Below are positions 8,025 to 17,333 of a stretch of DNA of 64,000 nucleotides, one piece after another. Source of the stretch: Acidobacteriota bacterium (GTDB taxonomy: Bacteria > Acidobacteriota > Terriglobia > 20CM-2-55-15); assembly GCA_003223875.1 (NCBI GenBank), contig QHWY01000081.1, positions 35,388-99,387 on the forward strand, written 5' to 3'. A program made the position numbers and the translations under genes. The notes below the pieces were generated by a model. It saw only the letters and a program-made list of their open reading frames with translations, made no database searches and was not told the DNA's origin. Each line of letters begins with the position of its first letter. Within the stretch, counting starts at the first letter, position 1.

Positions 8025-9326
8025 TCATATGGTGACGACCTCGTCGAAAACCTCCGGCGAGACGGGTGTTCCAGACAACCGCAGCCGTTCCATGAATTCA
8101 GCCGAAGGCATGGTGCCTTGAAATCGGCCGAGCACACGCCCGTCTTCCGCCACTCCCGTTTGATCAAATATAAAAATGTCGCGCACCTGGATATTCAGGT
8201 CGTTCAGGCCCGTGACTTCGGCGACATGCGTGACCTTTCGTGTGCCGTCGCTGAGGCGCGCGGTTTGCACCAGCAAATGAATCACCGAGGCCATTTGCTG
8301 GCGAATGAAGCGGCTGGGCAGATCGAGTTTCGCCATCATGACCATCGTCTCCAGCCGGCTGAAGGCATCGGCGGGCGAATTGGCGTGGACGGTCGTCATC
8401 GAACCCTCGACACCGGTGCCCATCGCCTGCAACATATCGAGAGCTTCACCGCCGCGCGCCTCGCCGAGCAAGATCCTGTCGGGACGCAGGCGCAGAGCAG
8501 TCATCAGTAACTGCCGCTGCGTGATCGCTCCCTTCCCTTCGATGTTGGGCGGACGCGTCTCCATACGAACGACGTCATCCAGTTGAAGCTGCAGTTCGGC
8601 GGTGTCCTCGATGGTCACGACGCGTTCGTGCTCCGGAATGAAACGGGAAAGGCAATTCAGAAATGTGGTCTTGCCCGAACCGGTCCCTCCGGAAATAACC
8701 ATGTTGAATCTCGCTTCCACGCACGCGGCAAGAAACGTCATGATCGATGGGGTCAGCGTTTGATTCCGCAGCAGCTCCTCATTGGTCAGCACCTTGCGGC
8801 CGAACCGGCGAATCGAAAGCGACGGCCCGTCAACAGCAAGCGGGGGAATGATCGCATTCACGCGCGAACCGTCCTGCAAGCGGGCATCCACCAACGGCAC
8901 GGATTCATCTATGCGTCTTCCGACACTGGAAACAATCTTTTCGATGATGTGCAACAGATGCCGGTCGTTCTGAAATCGGATGGAGGTTTCGATCAGCTTC
9001 CCGTGCCGCTCGATATATACGTGCTTGTGCGTGTTCACTAAAATGTCCGAGATGGTCGGATCCTTCAGCAAGGGTTCCAGCGGTCCGAGGCCGAACACTT
9101 CGTCCAGGATTTCCTCCGCCAGGCGGTTTCGCTCCGTCATGCTGATCGGAAGATGATCTTCGCGCAAGATCTTCTCCAACACACTCTGGACTTCGCGGCG
9201 CAGTTCTTGCCGGCTCTCGGCCTTCACGGCATCCATATTCAGCACGCTCAAGAGCTTTTGATGGACGCGCGTCTTCAGACTCGCGAAACGCTCCTGGTTC
9301 TGGCTGAATATGGAAACTCGACTCAT
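8025..9326 (-). CDS. cpaF: second CpaF/TadA-family ATPase with altered His box
   Basis: GLGPLEPLL, SGGTGSGKTT, TIEDTAEL, LRPDRILLGEARG; MGTGVEGS in place of MNTGHDGS. Confidence 0.92.
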   Translation of the reverse strand: MSRVSIFSQNQERFASLKTRVHQKLLSVLNMDAVKAESRQELRREVQSVLEKILREDHLPISMTERNRLAEEILDEVFGLGPLEPLLKDPTISDILVNTHKHVYIERHGKLIETSIRFQNDRHLLHIIEKIVSSVGRRIDESVPLVDARLQDGSRVNAIIPPLAVDGPSLSIRRFGRKVLTNEELLRNQTLTPSIMTFLAACVEARFNMVISGGTGSGKTTFLNCLSRFIPEHERVVTIEDTAELQLQLDDVVRMETRPPNIEGKGAITQRQLLMTALRLRPDRILLGEARGGEALDMLQAMGTGVEGSMTTVHANSPADAFSRLETMVMMAKLDLPSRFIRQQMASVIHLLVQTARLSDGTRKVTHVAEVTGLNDLNIQVRDIFIFDQTGVAEDGRVLGRFQGTMPSAEFMERLRLSGTPVSPEVFDEVVTI

Positions 9327-12300
9327 CGGACCGGAATCGTAACACGATTGCTTGCAAACCCTTGCATCACGAGGCTCACGGAAATGTTCGTTGCGGGGGA
9401 GACCAAAGCCGGAACGCGAACTGTTACCTGGTATCGTCCTGCAACACCTGGGACCAGACCGCTGTAAAGCACATCGGCCGGGTACGTATCAAAGAAGACC
9501 CGCGGCGCCGCGATTGTTCTGTTTAGCGGTTCTTCAGTTGCGCCAGGTTCTCCGGGCCCGATAGAAGGATTGACCGGACCAAGACCTGTGGCGAAGAGCG
9601 TGACTATACTGCCGCGATCCGCCGGATTCGAAGCAGTGACGACGGAAGCGTCATCCTTGATGAAGATGCCGAGACCTCGGCCGTTCCCACTCTGTGTCAG
9701 GATTCCGGGAGCGAAAGCGGCGATGGAAATCTGAACCTCATTGCTGCGACTGGATGCGGCTTCGACGCGCAGACCATACACACCGGCAGAAATGTCCGTA
9801 GGCAACAGAGCCCTGACCTGCGCCGGCGAAACTGACAATAGCGGCAAGGCCATATCGCCGGCCGGCGTGTTGATCCAGACTCGCGTTGTGGCGAGAACCG
9901 TCGGCAACGTCCCTGCGGAGGCGAGAACGGTCGTTTGAGCCAAATCCTCGCCCGTAATCGAAACGATGCTGCCGGGCCCTAGAGCGGTGTAGGAATTGAA
10001 TGTCACCCCATCAACGACCGAATCTTGCAGCAGCGCCGGCGCATCTACCGCGGTGACGGTGAAAGTCACGGAGAGATCGCCAACTGTCGCCAGTACTTGA
10101 ACGGTTCCGCGGTTCGGCGGCAGCGTCAGAACTGTGCCGGCGATTCCGGCCGCATTTGTGAATGCGGTTCGCGAGCTGAGTGATCCGCCACCGTTAACAA
10201 TCGCGAAATCGACTGGGACTCCATTTAATGGATTTTGATTGGCATCGGAGACGAGAACCTGCAACGGCGGCAGCGCGGCCCCGACACCGCCCAATCCATT
10301 ATTGCCGCTTAGCATCGTCATTTGAGCCGGCGCTTCCGTCACGCGCGCGGTGACAAAAACAGTCTGTACAAAAGATCCCGAGATGAATTGTAAGCGTCCC
10401 ACATGGATCCCAGGCTGCAGACCCGCCGCGGATATGCGAATGACCGCCTCCCCTGAACCACGGGGCCTCAAAGTCCCGTTGGCTTCAGGAATGCCGAGCC
10501 AACCGTCATATGCATTGAGCCGCCAACCCAGCGTGTTCGAAGAGGCGACATTGAACAGAGGAACGCCTGCAGCCAGCGTCGTTCCCTTCATCAGAGTGAC
10601 GCTAATGGAAAGTGAATTGACAACAATTCCAGCAGCCAGCCCCTTCGCCGATATCGAATAAACGCCGCGGCCGAATGTGGCCGCGAGTAAGATTCCGTCC
10701 GGTTGCCGCAGAGAGATGTCGGTGACTGGAACCGGAGGAAGCCCCCAACTGATGTCGGTCCATTGCGGCGAAGCCGCGACATTTCCGCCGCCACCTACAT
10801 TGAACGTCACAAATACTCCGGCATCGGTTGCGACATATATCGTCTGCGCGGGTTGATTGAAGAGTTGGAACTGTCCTGGTCCGAATGGTGGTCCCGGCGG
10901 TTGTCCGGGAAAGGTAGGTAGTGGAACCGGTGTCACGACGAGAGGAGGCAATGAAGTGGGATCGATGACGATGGCATTCACCGGCACGTTCGGCAGATTA
11001 GTGCGTAGGGATGTCCATATCCCACCGCCGTTCGTCGATTGTTGCAAATCGCCTTGCAGGTAACCGGCCGAGAGGCTCGTTCCCGCGGGGAAACCGCCAA
11101 TCGCTGCATATACCGTATTGTTCTGCCTCGGATCTACCGCGAGACGGTTGACATATCCGGAGACGGAGCCCATTCGCGTCCAGGTTTGCCCGCTGTTCTG
11201 CGAACGCCAAATCAATGAAACGGGGGGGCACGACGTCAATACGACCTCCGGTAGGCACGCTGTTGCAGCATAGAGCGTCGTGCGCTGAGCAGGCGCCATT
11301 GTCAGGGCGATCACGACGTGCGTCGGATCCGAATCGACGGCGGGCAAGACAGTCCAGGAATCACCGGCGTTGGAGGTACGATAAAGGCGCGATCCGGCCA
11401 CGAAAGCGGACGAAGGATTCACAGGGTCCACGACCAGAGGGGGAAACGGCGCTCGAAGTTCCCCATCGGCAAGAACTTTGCTCGATGAGAACTGTGTCCC
11501 GCCGTCGCCGGAGAGGTAGATGGCCTGATTTCCCGTCGCAAAAATATTGGACGAGTTCGCCAGAGCCGACACGGTACCGACGGAATCGCTGATCTTGCCA
11601 CCGAGGGGTCCGAACAATCCGGCGGGTCCCGCTGCCCAAACTGCATTCTGAGAATCGAGGCTCGCGGAGAGGAACTGCCCCAAAGGCAATTGCCGGATCG
11701 CGCGAGTCGGAGTCGAACCCATCAGCGGAAGCATTTCGAGCCCACCATCTCCAGCAAGGAGAAGCACGTCTCCCGTGGTCACAGCCGAATGCAGACGCGG
11801 TGTCTTCGATGAAACGTTGAACCAACTGATCCCCTGGTTCGTGGAAGCCATCAACGAATCTCCCGCTACGTAGAGATTCCCACTGGCCGAGTCCAAAACC
11901 AGTTGGTTTGGTGGATGACCCGCGCCTACGCGGACGGGTTCCGACCAGGTGTTCCCCCCATCGGTACTGCGGTAAAAATCGATTAGCGAAGGATTGGCCC
12001 CGCTTCCCTGCCCGCTCAATTGATACGAGACAGTCACCGACAGGGCATTCGCATCGGCGACGACGCTCACCCAAGTCGTCCGTGCGTCGCTTGCGTACGG
12101 GCTTGCAGGTAGAGATATGTTCGCCCACGTGCTGCCGCCGTCCGATGATCGAATCAAAACGTTATTAAAGGACCCACCGGAATTGTCGCCGAGCACGCCA
12201 ACATAAACACTGCCAAGATCGTCGAAAGCAATAGATGCGACCGGACTTGGAACAATCTTGCTCCAGCTCGTGCCCGCATCCTGTGAAAGGAACAACCCTT

Positions 12301-13102
12301 CCGCCGACCCCGCAAATATCCGTAATGAGTTCGCCGGATCGACGGCGAGCGCGCAAACCGGCTGGTTCGTGAATCGCGGCCCGGTCGTCCACGTCCGGCC
12401 GCCATCGGGCGACCGCACCACCGTCTGTAATGGCCGCAGGTTCTGGTCGTCTCCTGTTCCGACGTAGAGCACGTCGGGAGAACGGGAATCGATTGCGATA
12501 GAACACACTTGGAGTGATGAAAGCAAATCGGTCAACGGAACCCAGGAACTGCCGCCATCCGTGCTTTTCCACACGCCTCCCCCAGGGGCCACAAAATACA
12601 AAGTGAAATCACTGCGGGGGTCGGAAGCGAGTCTCACCACTCGCGGAGGAGCGCCCGGCGGCCCCGCGAAATTCCAACTAGCTTGCGCATGTAAGGATAA
12701 GGTAACTCCCAGCAAGATGAGGACAGCGGCGAGGGCGTGTTCCCCAAGCCGCGAAGCGGCGTGAAAAAATAGCCCAGCGCGTAAGCGCTGGGTCTTGAAT
12801 GTTTGGAATCGCGAGTCCCGCAAGGGGCGACAGACGGATTCTTCTATCGCCCCTCCGGGGCTTGTCGCCGGAGATCGATGAGATTCCCAGGGCTTGCGCC
12901 CTGGGATAAGCTCTTGACGCCGCTTCGCGGCTTGAGCTAACACGCCCTCACGAGCGCTTTGCACAAAAAATCCTGGGCGGTCATAGACCGTCCCTAGAGC
13001 TTGGGGTGCGCAACTGTAGGGGCGCTCTATGAGCGCCCACGATGTATTTTTTGTGCGAAGCCCCTCACGAGCGCTAATGCACTGCCGTAAGCGGTGCGTC
13101 AT
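9323..13102 (-). CDS. large secreted protein: Asp-box/BNR beta-propellers, BACON/Ig-like domains, TIGR03437-like C-terminal domain; two in-frame repeat insertions in the signal peptide
   Basis: Many SxDGGxxW boxes; C-terminal VVDG..LGPGSIVSITG..PLLSVSPAQV..APGI..LFATGLG..LYSGLVPGVAGRYQV. Start inferred at MTHRLR (13102). Confidence 0.8.
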   Translation of the reverse strand: MTHRLRQCISAREGLRTKNTSWALIERPYSCAPQALGTVYDRPGFFVQSAREGVLAQAAKRRQELIPGRKPWESHRSPATSPGGAIEESVCRPLRDSRFQTFKTQRLRAGLFFHAASRLGEHALAAVLILLGVTLSLHAQASWNFAGPPGAPPRVVRLASDPRSDFTLYFVAPGGGVWKSTDGGSSWVPLTDLLSSLQVCSIAIDSRSPDVLYVGTGDDQNLRPLQTVVRSPDGGRTWTTGPRFTNQPVCALAVDPANSLRIFAGSAEGLFLSQDAGTSWSKIVPSPVASIAFDDLGSVYVGVLGDNSGGSFNNVLIRSSDGGSTWANISLPASPYASDARTTWVSVVADANALSVTVSYQLSGQGSGANPSLIDFYRSTDGGNTWSEPVRVGAGHPPNQLVLDSASGNLYVAGDSLMASTNQGISWFNVSSKTPRLHSAVTTGDVLLLAGDGGLEMLPLMGSTPTRAIRQLPLGQFLSASLDSQNAVWAAGPAGLFGPLGGKISDSVGTVSALANSSNIFATGNQAIYLSGDGGTQFSSSKVLADGELRAPFPPLVVDPVNPSSAFVAGSRLYRTSNAGDSWTVLPAVDSDPTHVVIALTMAPAQRTTLYAATACLPEVVLTSCPPVSLIWRSQNSGQTWTRMGSVSGYVNRLAVDPRQNNTVYAAIGGFPAGTSLSAGYLQGDLQQSTNGGGIWTSLRTNLPNVPVNAIVIDPTSLPPLVVTPVPLPTFPGQPPGPPFGPGQFQLFNQPAQTIYVATDAGVFVTFNVGGGGNVAASPQWTDISWGLPPVPVTDISLRQPDGILLAATFGRGVYSISAKGLAAGIVVNSLSISVTLMKGTTLAAGVPLFNVASSNTLGWRLNAYDGWLGIPEANGTLRPRGSGEAVIRISAAGLQPGIHVGRLQFISGSFVQTVFVTARVTEAPAQMTMLSGNNGLGGVGAALPPLQVLVSDANQNPLNGVPVDFAIVNGGGSLSSRTAFTNAAGIAGTVLTLPPNRGTVQVLATVGDLSVTFTVTAVDAPALLQDSVVDGVTFNSYTALGPGSIVSITGEDLAQTTVLASAGTLPTVLATTRVWINTPAGDMALPLLSVSPAQVRALLPTDISAGVYGLRVEAASSRSNEVQISIAAFAPGILTQSGNGRGLGIFIKDDASVVTASNPADRGSIVTLFATGLGPVNPSIGPGEPGATEEPLNRTIAAPRVFFDTYPADVLYSGLVPGVAGRYQVTVRVPALVSPATNISVSLVMQGFASNRVTIPVR
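12731..12949. mobile_element. 219-bp MITE-like palindromic element (ends GAGGGCGTGTT / AACACGCCCTC)
   Basis: About 35-bp imperfect TIR including GCCGCGAAGCGGCG; internal CCCAGGGC-type hairpins; partial relative at about 27988-28070; no clear target duplication. Confidence 0.8.
12955..13062. mobile_element. 108-bp MITE, copy 2
   Basis: Near-identical to 7887-7994; direct repeat CCTCACGAG at 12946-12954 and 13063-13071. Confidence 0.92.
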
Positions 13103-16100
13103 CGGTCGCACTGGCTGCTCCTCCGGCAGTGATGACCACCGGCAGGTCGTCACCTTCAGTCCGGTCTCCTGGAACATAAAGATTGATCTGATAAATCCCC
13201 ACCATGCCGGGGGCCAGGCCGGACCATAGCACTGGGTAAGGATGGCCGCCGATCGTGACTTGGATTGATTCCCTCGTCACGGAAAAAGGATCGGCCGAGG
13301 CGGCTTCACCAGCGGCAACGCCGGGATCGACTGGACCGAGTCCTGCGGCGTAAAGAATGAGCGTTTCGTCCCGCTCGGCAGGATAGTCCGGCGTGACGAG
13401 CGCGAAATCCGCGCCATGGATAATGGCGGCCGTCTTTACGCCGTTGACATCGAGTGAAAATGCACCCGGACTCGACAGACTGACTGGAATCGAGACGCCG
13501 GGACTGACCAGACCCAGGCGCTGCGAACGAACGGTCAGCGTCACACGAGTCGTTGCTAATTCCGGCGGCAATTGTGCATCGATTTGCGTGGGAGACGTGT
13601 TGATAAGCGGAATCGCCATTTCATTCGCCGTCACGCAAACTCCGCCAAGCAATCGCGGCAATGGGATGCCGGGCGCCGACGCCGCGTCCGCCAGATTGCT
13701 GCCCAAAATCGAGATCAGCGATCCCGGCGAGATCTGCCGGTTGTGCGTGGAGGTATTCACCACTCCACTGGCCTGAAATGAAGGGGCACGCCCGCCCGTC
13801 TGAGCTAAGGAAACCACAGTGAGTCCAGACCACGAGAGCAGGTAGACATTATTGTTACCGTCGAAAATGACGCCGTGAGGGAGAATCTGCGTTTGATTGT
13901 TCACACCGATTTCGAGCGCCGTCACCCGCGGAGGCCATTGCCGCGGCGCCGCGCCGAGGGCGGCGTTGGCGCCACTTTGAGCGGGAGTGATGTCCATCAC
14001 CTGCTCCGGTAACGACACCTGGATGTCTTGCTGAAAAGTTGCGAGATTAAATCGCTGCAAGCTCTGCGGCGTGCCGCTTTGCACACGAACTGCGAGATTG
14101 TTCGCAACCGCGACGCCAAAAGCATTGGCACTGGCCGCCTGCCCTATAGGCAACCCGGCCGCTGAAGCTAAGAATCCTTGTGAACCCAACACGGAGTTGA
14201 ATACGGCGTTTTCGACAACGTAAGAGCTGCCGTCGGAACCGGCCGCAGCGACGCCGCGAAATTGCGGAACCGCAGCAAAGCGAAGTATCGGAAATGTATC
14301 CGAGATCGGGTCGTAGAGTCGCAGATTGGCGTTTTGGGTAATTCCTGCATCCGCGATGAGAATCCCGCTACCATCGGCCGCCGCTGTCAAGACGTTTCGG
14401 CCCCCTATTGCGTTAGTGGCCCCCACCCCCAAATCCAACCGCGGAAACGCGCTGCGCGTCAGCAGGCTCAACTGCCAAATCTGTCCGTTCCCAGGCAAAA
14501 CCCCAGCGGCCGGAAGCGGCGACACCGAAAACAAGATCGCGTTCGACGATGCGGCGATATAGCGCGGAAATAGCGGGACAATCGTACTGAGGGGTATCGG
14601 TCCCATGGAAATCTGATCGACTTCTTGCATCGCATCCAGATCCACGACCGAAAAATTCTCGGAGCCGAAGTTCGCGACAACCAGTGTCGAAGGATTCACC
14701 ATCACCATCGACAGAGGCCGATTCCCAACGCGGATCGGCGATAAAAACGTCTGGCTCTCCAGTGAGAAGACTTCGACCTGTCCCAAAGTGTAATTGGCGA
14801 TGTACAAACGTTGACGCCCGCTATCCATCTGCATGTCGACGCCTAAACCATTGACGGGAACAATCGTGCCGCGGTCGCTCACATCGCGAAAGTTAAAGTT
14901 GACTAAAATCGCAGGCTCGATATTCACCGCTTCGGGGGACACCAATACGACGACGTACTGAGAGGTGCCGCGCACGGCCACCGTACGCGGATCAAAGCTG
15001 ATCGTCAATGTTGCCGGTGCTATACCCGAACGCTGGCTCAGAATCACAGGAGTCGTGACCGTGGGGCTCGTGCTGTTCACACTGGCTGCAAAGGTCATCC
15101 GGCCGCCGCCGATGTTTCGGATTTGCACCGTGGCGGTCGCGATCGTGCGATTACACATGTCGCGCGAGAGCACGACGTTGGTCGAGCTCACATCGAGGAT
15201 CGGAACATTGTTCAATTGTCCGATGGGTATCACCATCAAGCCAGAGGTCGATGTCGCAAACAGATTTTGGCCGTCGGGTGACGCGATGATCTTCGACGTT
15301 ATCTGCTCGGAAAGACGCAAACCAAGCTGCGGCGTCAGGCTCGACGAGCGCAGGATCTGCAAAACGGCCGCTGTCTGTTGGCTTTGCGCGGCGCCCGGTG
15401 CTCCCGGGAAAATCCCGCCGCCGGGGAATCCGCCACCGCCGGGAATAGTCACGCCAGGTGTTGCGGGATTCTGAGGGTTATTGGGATTGAGGGGGTTGAT
15501 CGGCGTTTGCGCGCAACATGCCGCTCCGTTGTTGAACGACGCGTAAACCGAGTTCCCATCCACAGAGAATGCGCTACCACCCGAAGCCGCGTTCAAGACA
15601 TTTCCAGTCCGCCCTAGAATCGTGAGTGTTTGCGTATCGAACAGCAGCGGACCGGCCATAAATCTGGACCCGTCCGACGACGCGGACAAAATCGAGGCCA
15701 CCCCCGTCACATTGCGGCTCCGCAGAACCACTCCGGACGCCACTTCATAAACAAACAGCCGATTTGCCGCCCCGCCTCCTGCGTTAGGGAGCGACCGTCC
15801 GATGATGAGATTTCCGGAAGCCGTCGTGACGAGGCTGGCGAAAGCGGAAGTGTTGATAAAGACCGGCGGAATATTTTGCAGTCCGTTAGGCGGCGTTGGA
15901 GGAGGTGAGACGGGAACCGGCGACACGCTGCCCGTCGTGGTGTCGAGACGTTGGAGTCCACCAGTCCCGAGAATAACTACCTTACCGTCGTTCCCCACAG
16001 CGACCGCATCCGGCCGAGAACCGATGTTATAGTCGTTGCCCCGTTGGCGGCTGTTCAGATTAATCGTGTTGATGGTATTCGAGCCGGCGCTGGCGACGTA

Positions 16101-16397
16101 CAGCGTCGTCAGATCCGGACTCAATGCCAGGCTCGACGGCAACGTGCCTGTGGCAATGCTCCCCACCAATCGCCTTTCACCGACGGAGTAGATATCCACC
16201 TCATTCCGCGACGCATTGGCGAGATACACCAGGTTCCGCGCGGAGTCGTAAATCAAATCCGCCACTGTTCCCAAAACCGGCACAACCGTTCCGATATTCG
16301 CAGCGTAAGCCGCCGAAACAAAGAAGGATAATAAAGTCGCCAGGCTCGAGAGCAAAACCATCAACCGGCGCGTCTGTGGAACCGAAAACACTTGCAT
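13074..16397 (-). CDS. large secreted protein: two YVTN/YncE-like beta-propellers, Ig-like linker, TIGR03437-like C-terminal domain
   Basis: Signal peptide ending AYA-A; IATGTLPSSLALSPD and IRVGNRPLSM blades; C-terminal GVVN..ISPGSLISILGSNL..SPTQIDAQLP..LYAAGLG..WSGLAPGMVGIYQIN. Start 16397 or 16361. Confidence 0.85.
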   Translation of the reverse strand: MQVFSVPQTRRLMVLLSSLATLLSFFVSAAYAANIGTVVPVLGTVADLIYDSARNLVYLANASRNEVDIYSVGERRLVGSIATGTLPSSLALSPDLTTLYVASAGSNTINTINLNSRQRGNDYNIGSRPDAVAVGNDGKVVILGTGGLQRLDTTTGSVSPVPVSPPPTPPNGLQNIPPVFINTSAFASLVTTASGNLIIGRSLPNAGGGAANRLFVYEVASGVVLRSRNVTGVASILSASSDGSRFMAGPLLFDTQTLTILGRTGNVLNAASGGSAFSVDGNSVYASFNNGAACCAQTPINPLNPNNPQNPATPGVTIPGGGGFPGGGIFPGAPGAAQSQQTAAVLQILRSSSLTPQLGLRLSEQITSKIIASPDGQNLFATSTSGLMVIPIGQLNNVPILDVSSTNVVLSRDMCNRTIATATVQIRNIGGGRMTFAASVNSTSPTVTTPVILSQRSGIAPATLTISFDPRTVAVRGTSQYVVVLVSPEAVNIEPAILVNFNFRDVSDRGTIVPVNGLGVDMQMDSGRQRLYIANYTLGQVEVFSLESQTFLSPIRVGNRPLSMVMVNPSTLVVANFGSENFSVVDLDAMQEVDQISMGPIPLSTIVPLFPRYIAASSNAILFSVSPLPAAGVLPGNGQIWQLSLLTRSAFPRLDLGVGATNAIGGRNVLTAAADGSGILIADAGITQNANLRLYDPISDTFPILRFAAVPQFRGVAAAGSDGSSYVVENAVFNSVLGSQGFLASAAGLPIGQAASANAFGVAVANNLAVRVQSGTPQSLQRFNLATFQQDIQVSLPEQVMDITPAQSGANAALGAAPRQWPPRVTALEIGVNNQTQILPHGVIFDGNNNVYLLSWSGLTVVSLAQTGGRAPSFQASGVVNTSTHNRQISPGSLISILGSNLADAASAPGIPLPRLLGGVCVTANEMAIPLINTSPTQIDAQLPPELATTRVTLTVRSQRLGLVSPGVSIPVSLSSPGAFSLDVNGVKTAAIIHGADFALVTPDYPAERDETLILYAAGLGPVDPGVAAGEAASADPFSVTRESIQVTIGGHPYPVLWSGLAPGMVGIYQINLYVPGDRTEGDDLPVVITAGGAASATDDAPLTAVH

Positions 16398-16630
16398 CAA
16401 ACCGTTCCCCAAAATTATCGGACGCCGCGAAATATAAGCCACGAACTCCACCTCGCGCAATGCTCGCCGGGCGGTTTTACCTCTTTTTACAGTCGACCAG
16501 ATTGCCTGCTCCGCACGGATTGGCGCTGACTGAAGAGGCGATTCCACTGCTGATGCCCGCAGCAGAAAGGCTGGCCAACCAGGGGTGTCTCCTATTTTCG
16601 GATCATCCATAACTTTTTGTAAAGGGGCGC

Positions 16631-16838
16631 CAGCATCTGCGGTTGCTGCGCAGCAAACGATTTTGTTGTCTAGCATCGGCGTTTCCTGGACAGGAAACGG
16701 TTTTGCTGTCTAGCATCGGCGTTTCCTAGACAGCATCCGGATTTGCTGTCTAGCATCCGCGGTTGCTGTGCAGGAAACGATTTTGCTGTCTAGCATCGGC
16801 GTTTCCTAGACAGCATCTGGATTTGCTGTCTAGCATCC
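16631..16838. repeat. tandem array of ten full plus one partial 20-bp imperfect palindromic units
   Basis: Exact 20-bp period, consensus YAG[CG]A-N8-T[GC]CT-N3, with 40/80/120-bp higher-order similarity. Confidence 0.95.
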
Positions 16839-16955
16839 ATGGCAGGGACGCGTGTTAAGACAACAGGTTGCCCGGCCAGTTTAACCTCTTTTTACATCTA
16901 CAGATCCAACATTTAGGTGTAACATCGGCTTCGATTTAGAGGAGAATTTCGGCAT

Positions 16956-17333
16956 ATGGCCGCGGGGCCGTTCGTTGTACGAAACCGCACGCGGGAAGCG
17001 ATTCTGGCTTCCAAGGTACAACTTGCAGACACGCCGCGAGCGCGGCGGATCGGTTTGCTGAAGCACGATAAATTGGACGCCGGTGAAGGTTTGTGGATCT
17101 ATCCGACCCAGGCGATCCACACGTTCGGCATGCGATTTCCCATCGATGTGGCTTTCATCGATCGGCGGATGCGAGTGAAACGCTTATATCATCAGCTTGC
17201 GCCATTCCGCCTGACGTCGCTTGTTTGGTCCGCTCAAAGCGTTCTTGAATTGCCCGCTGGATCCCTCGCGGGCACCGGGACCGCGGTCGGTGACGAACTC
17301 CAAATCTCACTGAGCGAAGAGTCATCTAAATGA
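16956..17333 (+). CDS. DUF192 family protein
   Basis: LADT..RRIGLL, IHTFGMRFPIDVAFID, SVLELPAG. Confidence 0.9.
   Translation: MAAGPFVVRNRTREAILASKVQLADTPRARRIGLLKHDKLDAGEGLWIYPTQAIHTFGMRFPIDVAFIDRRMRVKRLYHQLAPFRLTSLVWSAQSVLELPAGSLAGTGTAVGDELQISLSEESSK

Noticed and set aside
13103-13177. ORF-track start at 13177
   Set aside because: Overlaps the upstream gene deeply; ATG 13102 reconstructs a proper signal peptide.
16398-16676. N-terminal 93 aa of the 1200-aa ORF
   Set aside because: Starts inside the repeat array and precedes a clear signal peptide; treated as spurious extension.
16631-16838. CRISPR array interpretation of the periodic repeat
   Set aside because: The would-be 24-bp spacers resemble each other and the reverse complement of the repeat, the repeat is only about 16 bp, and no cas genes are in the window.
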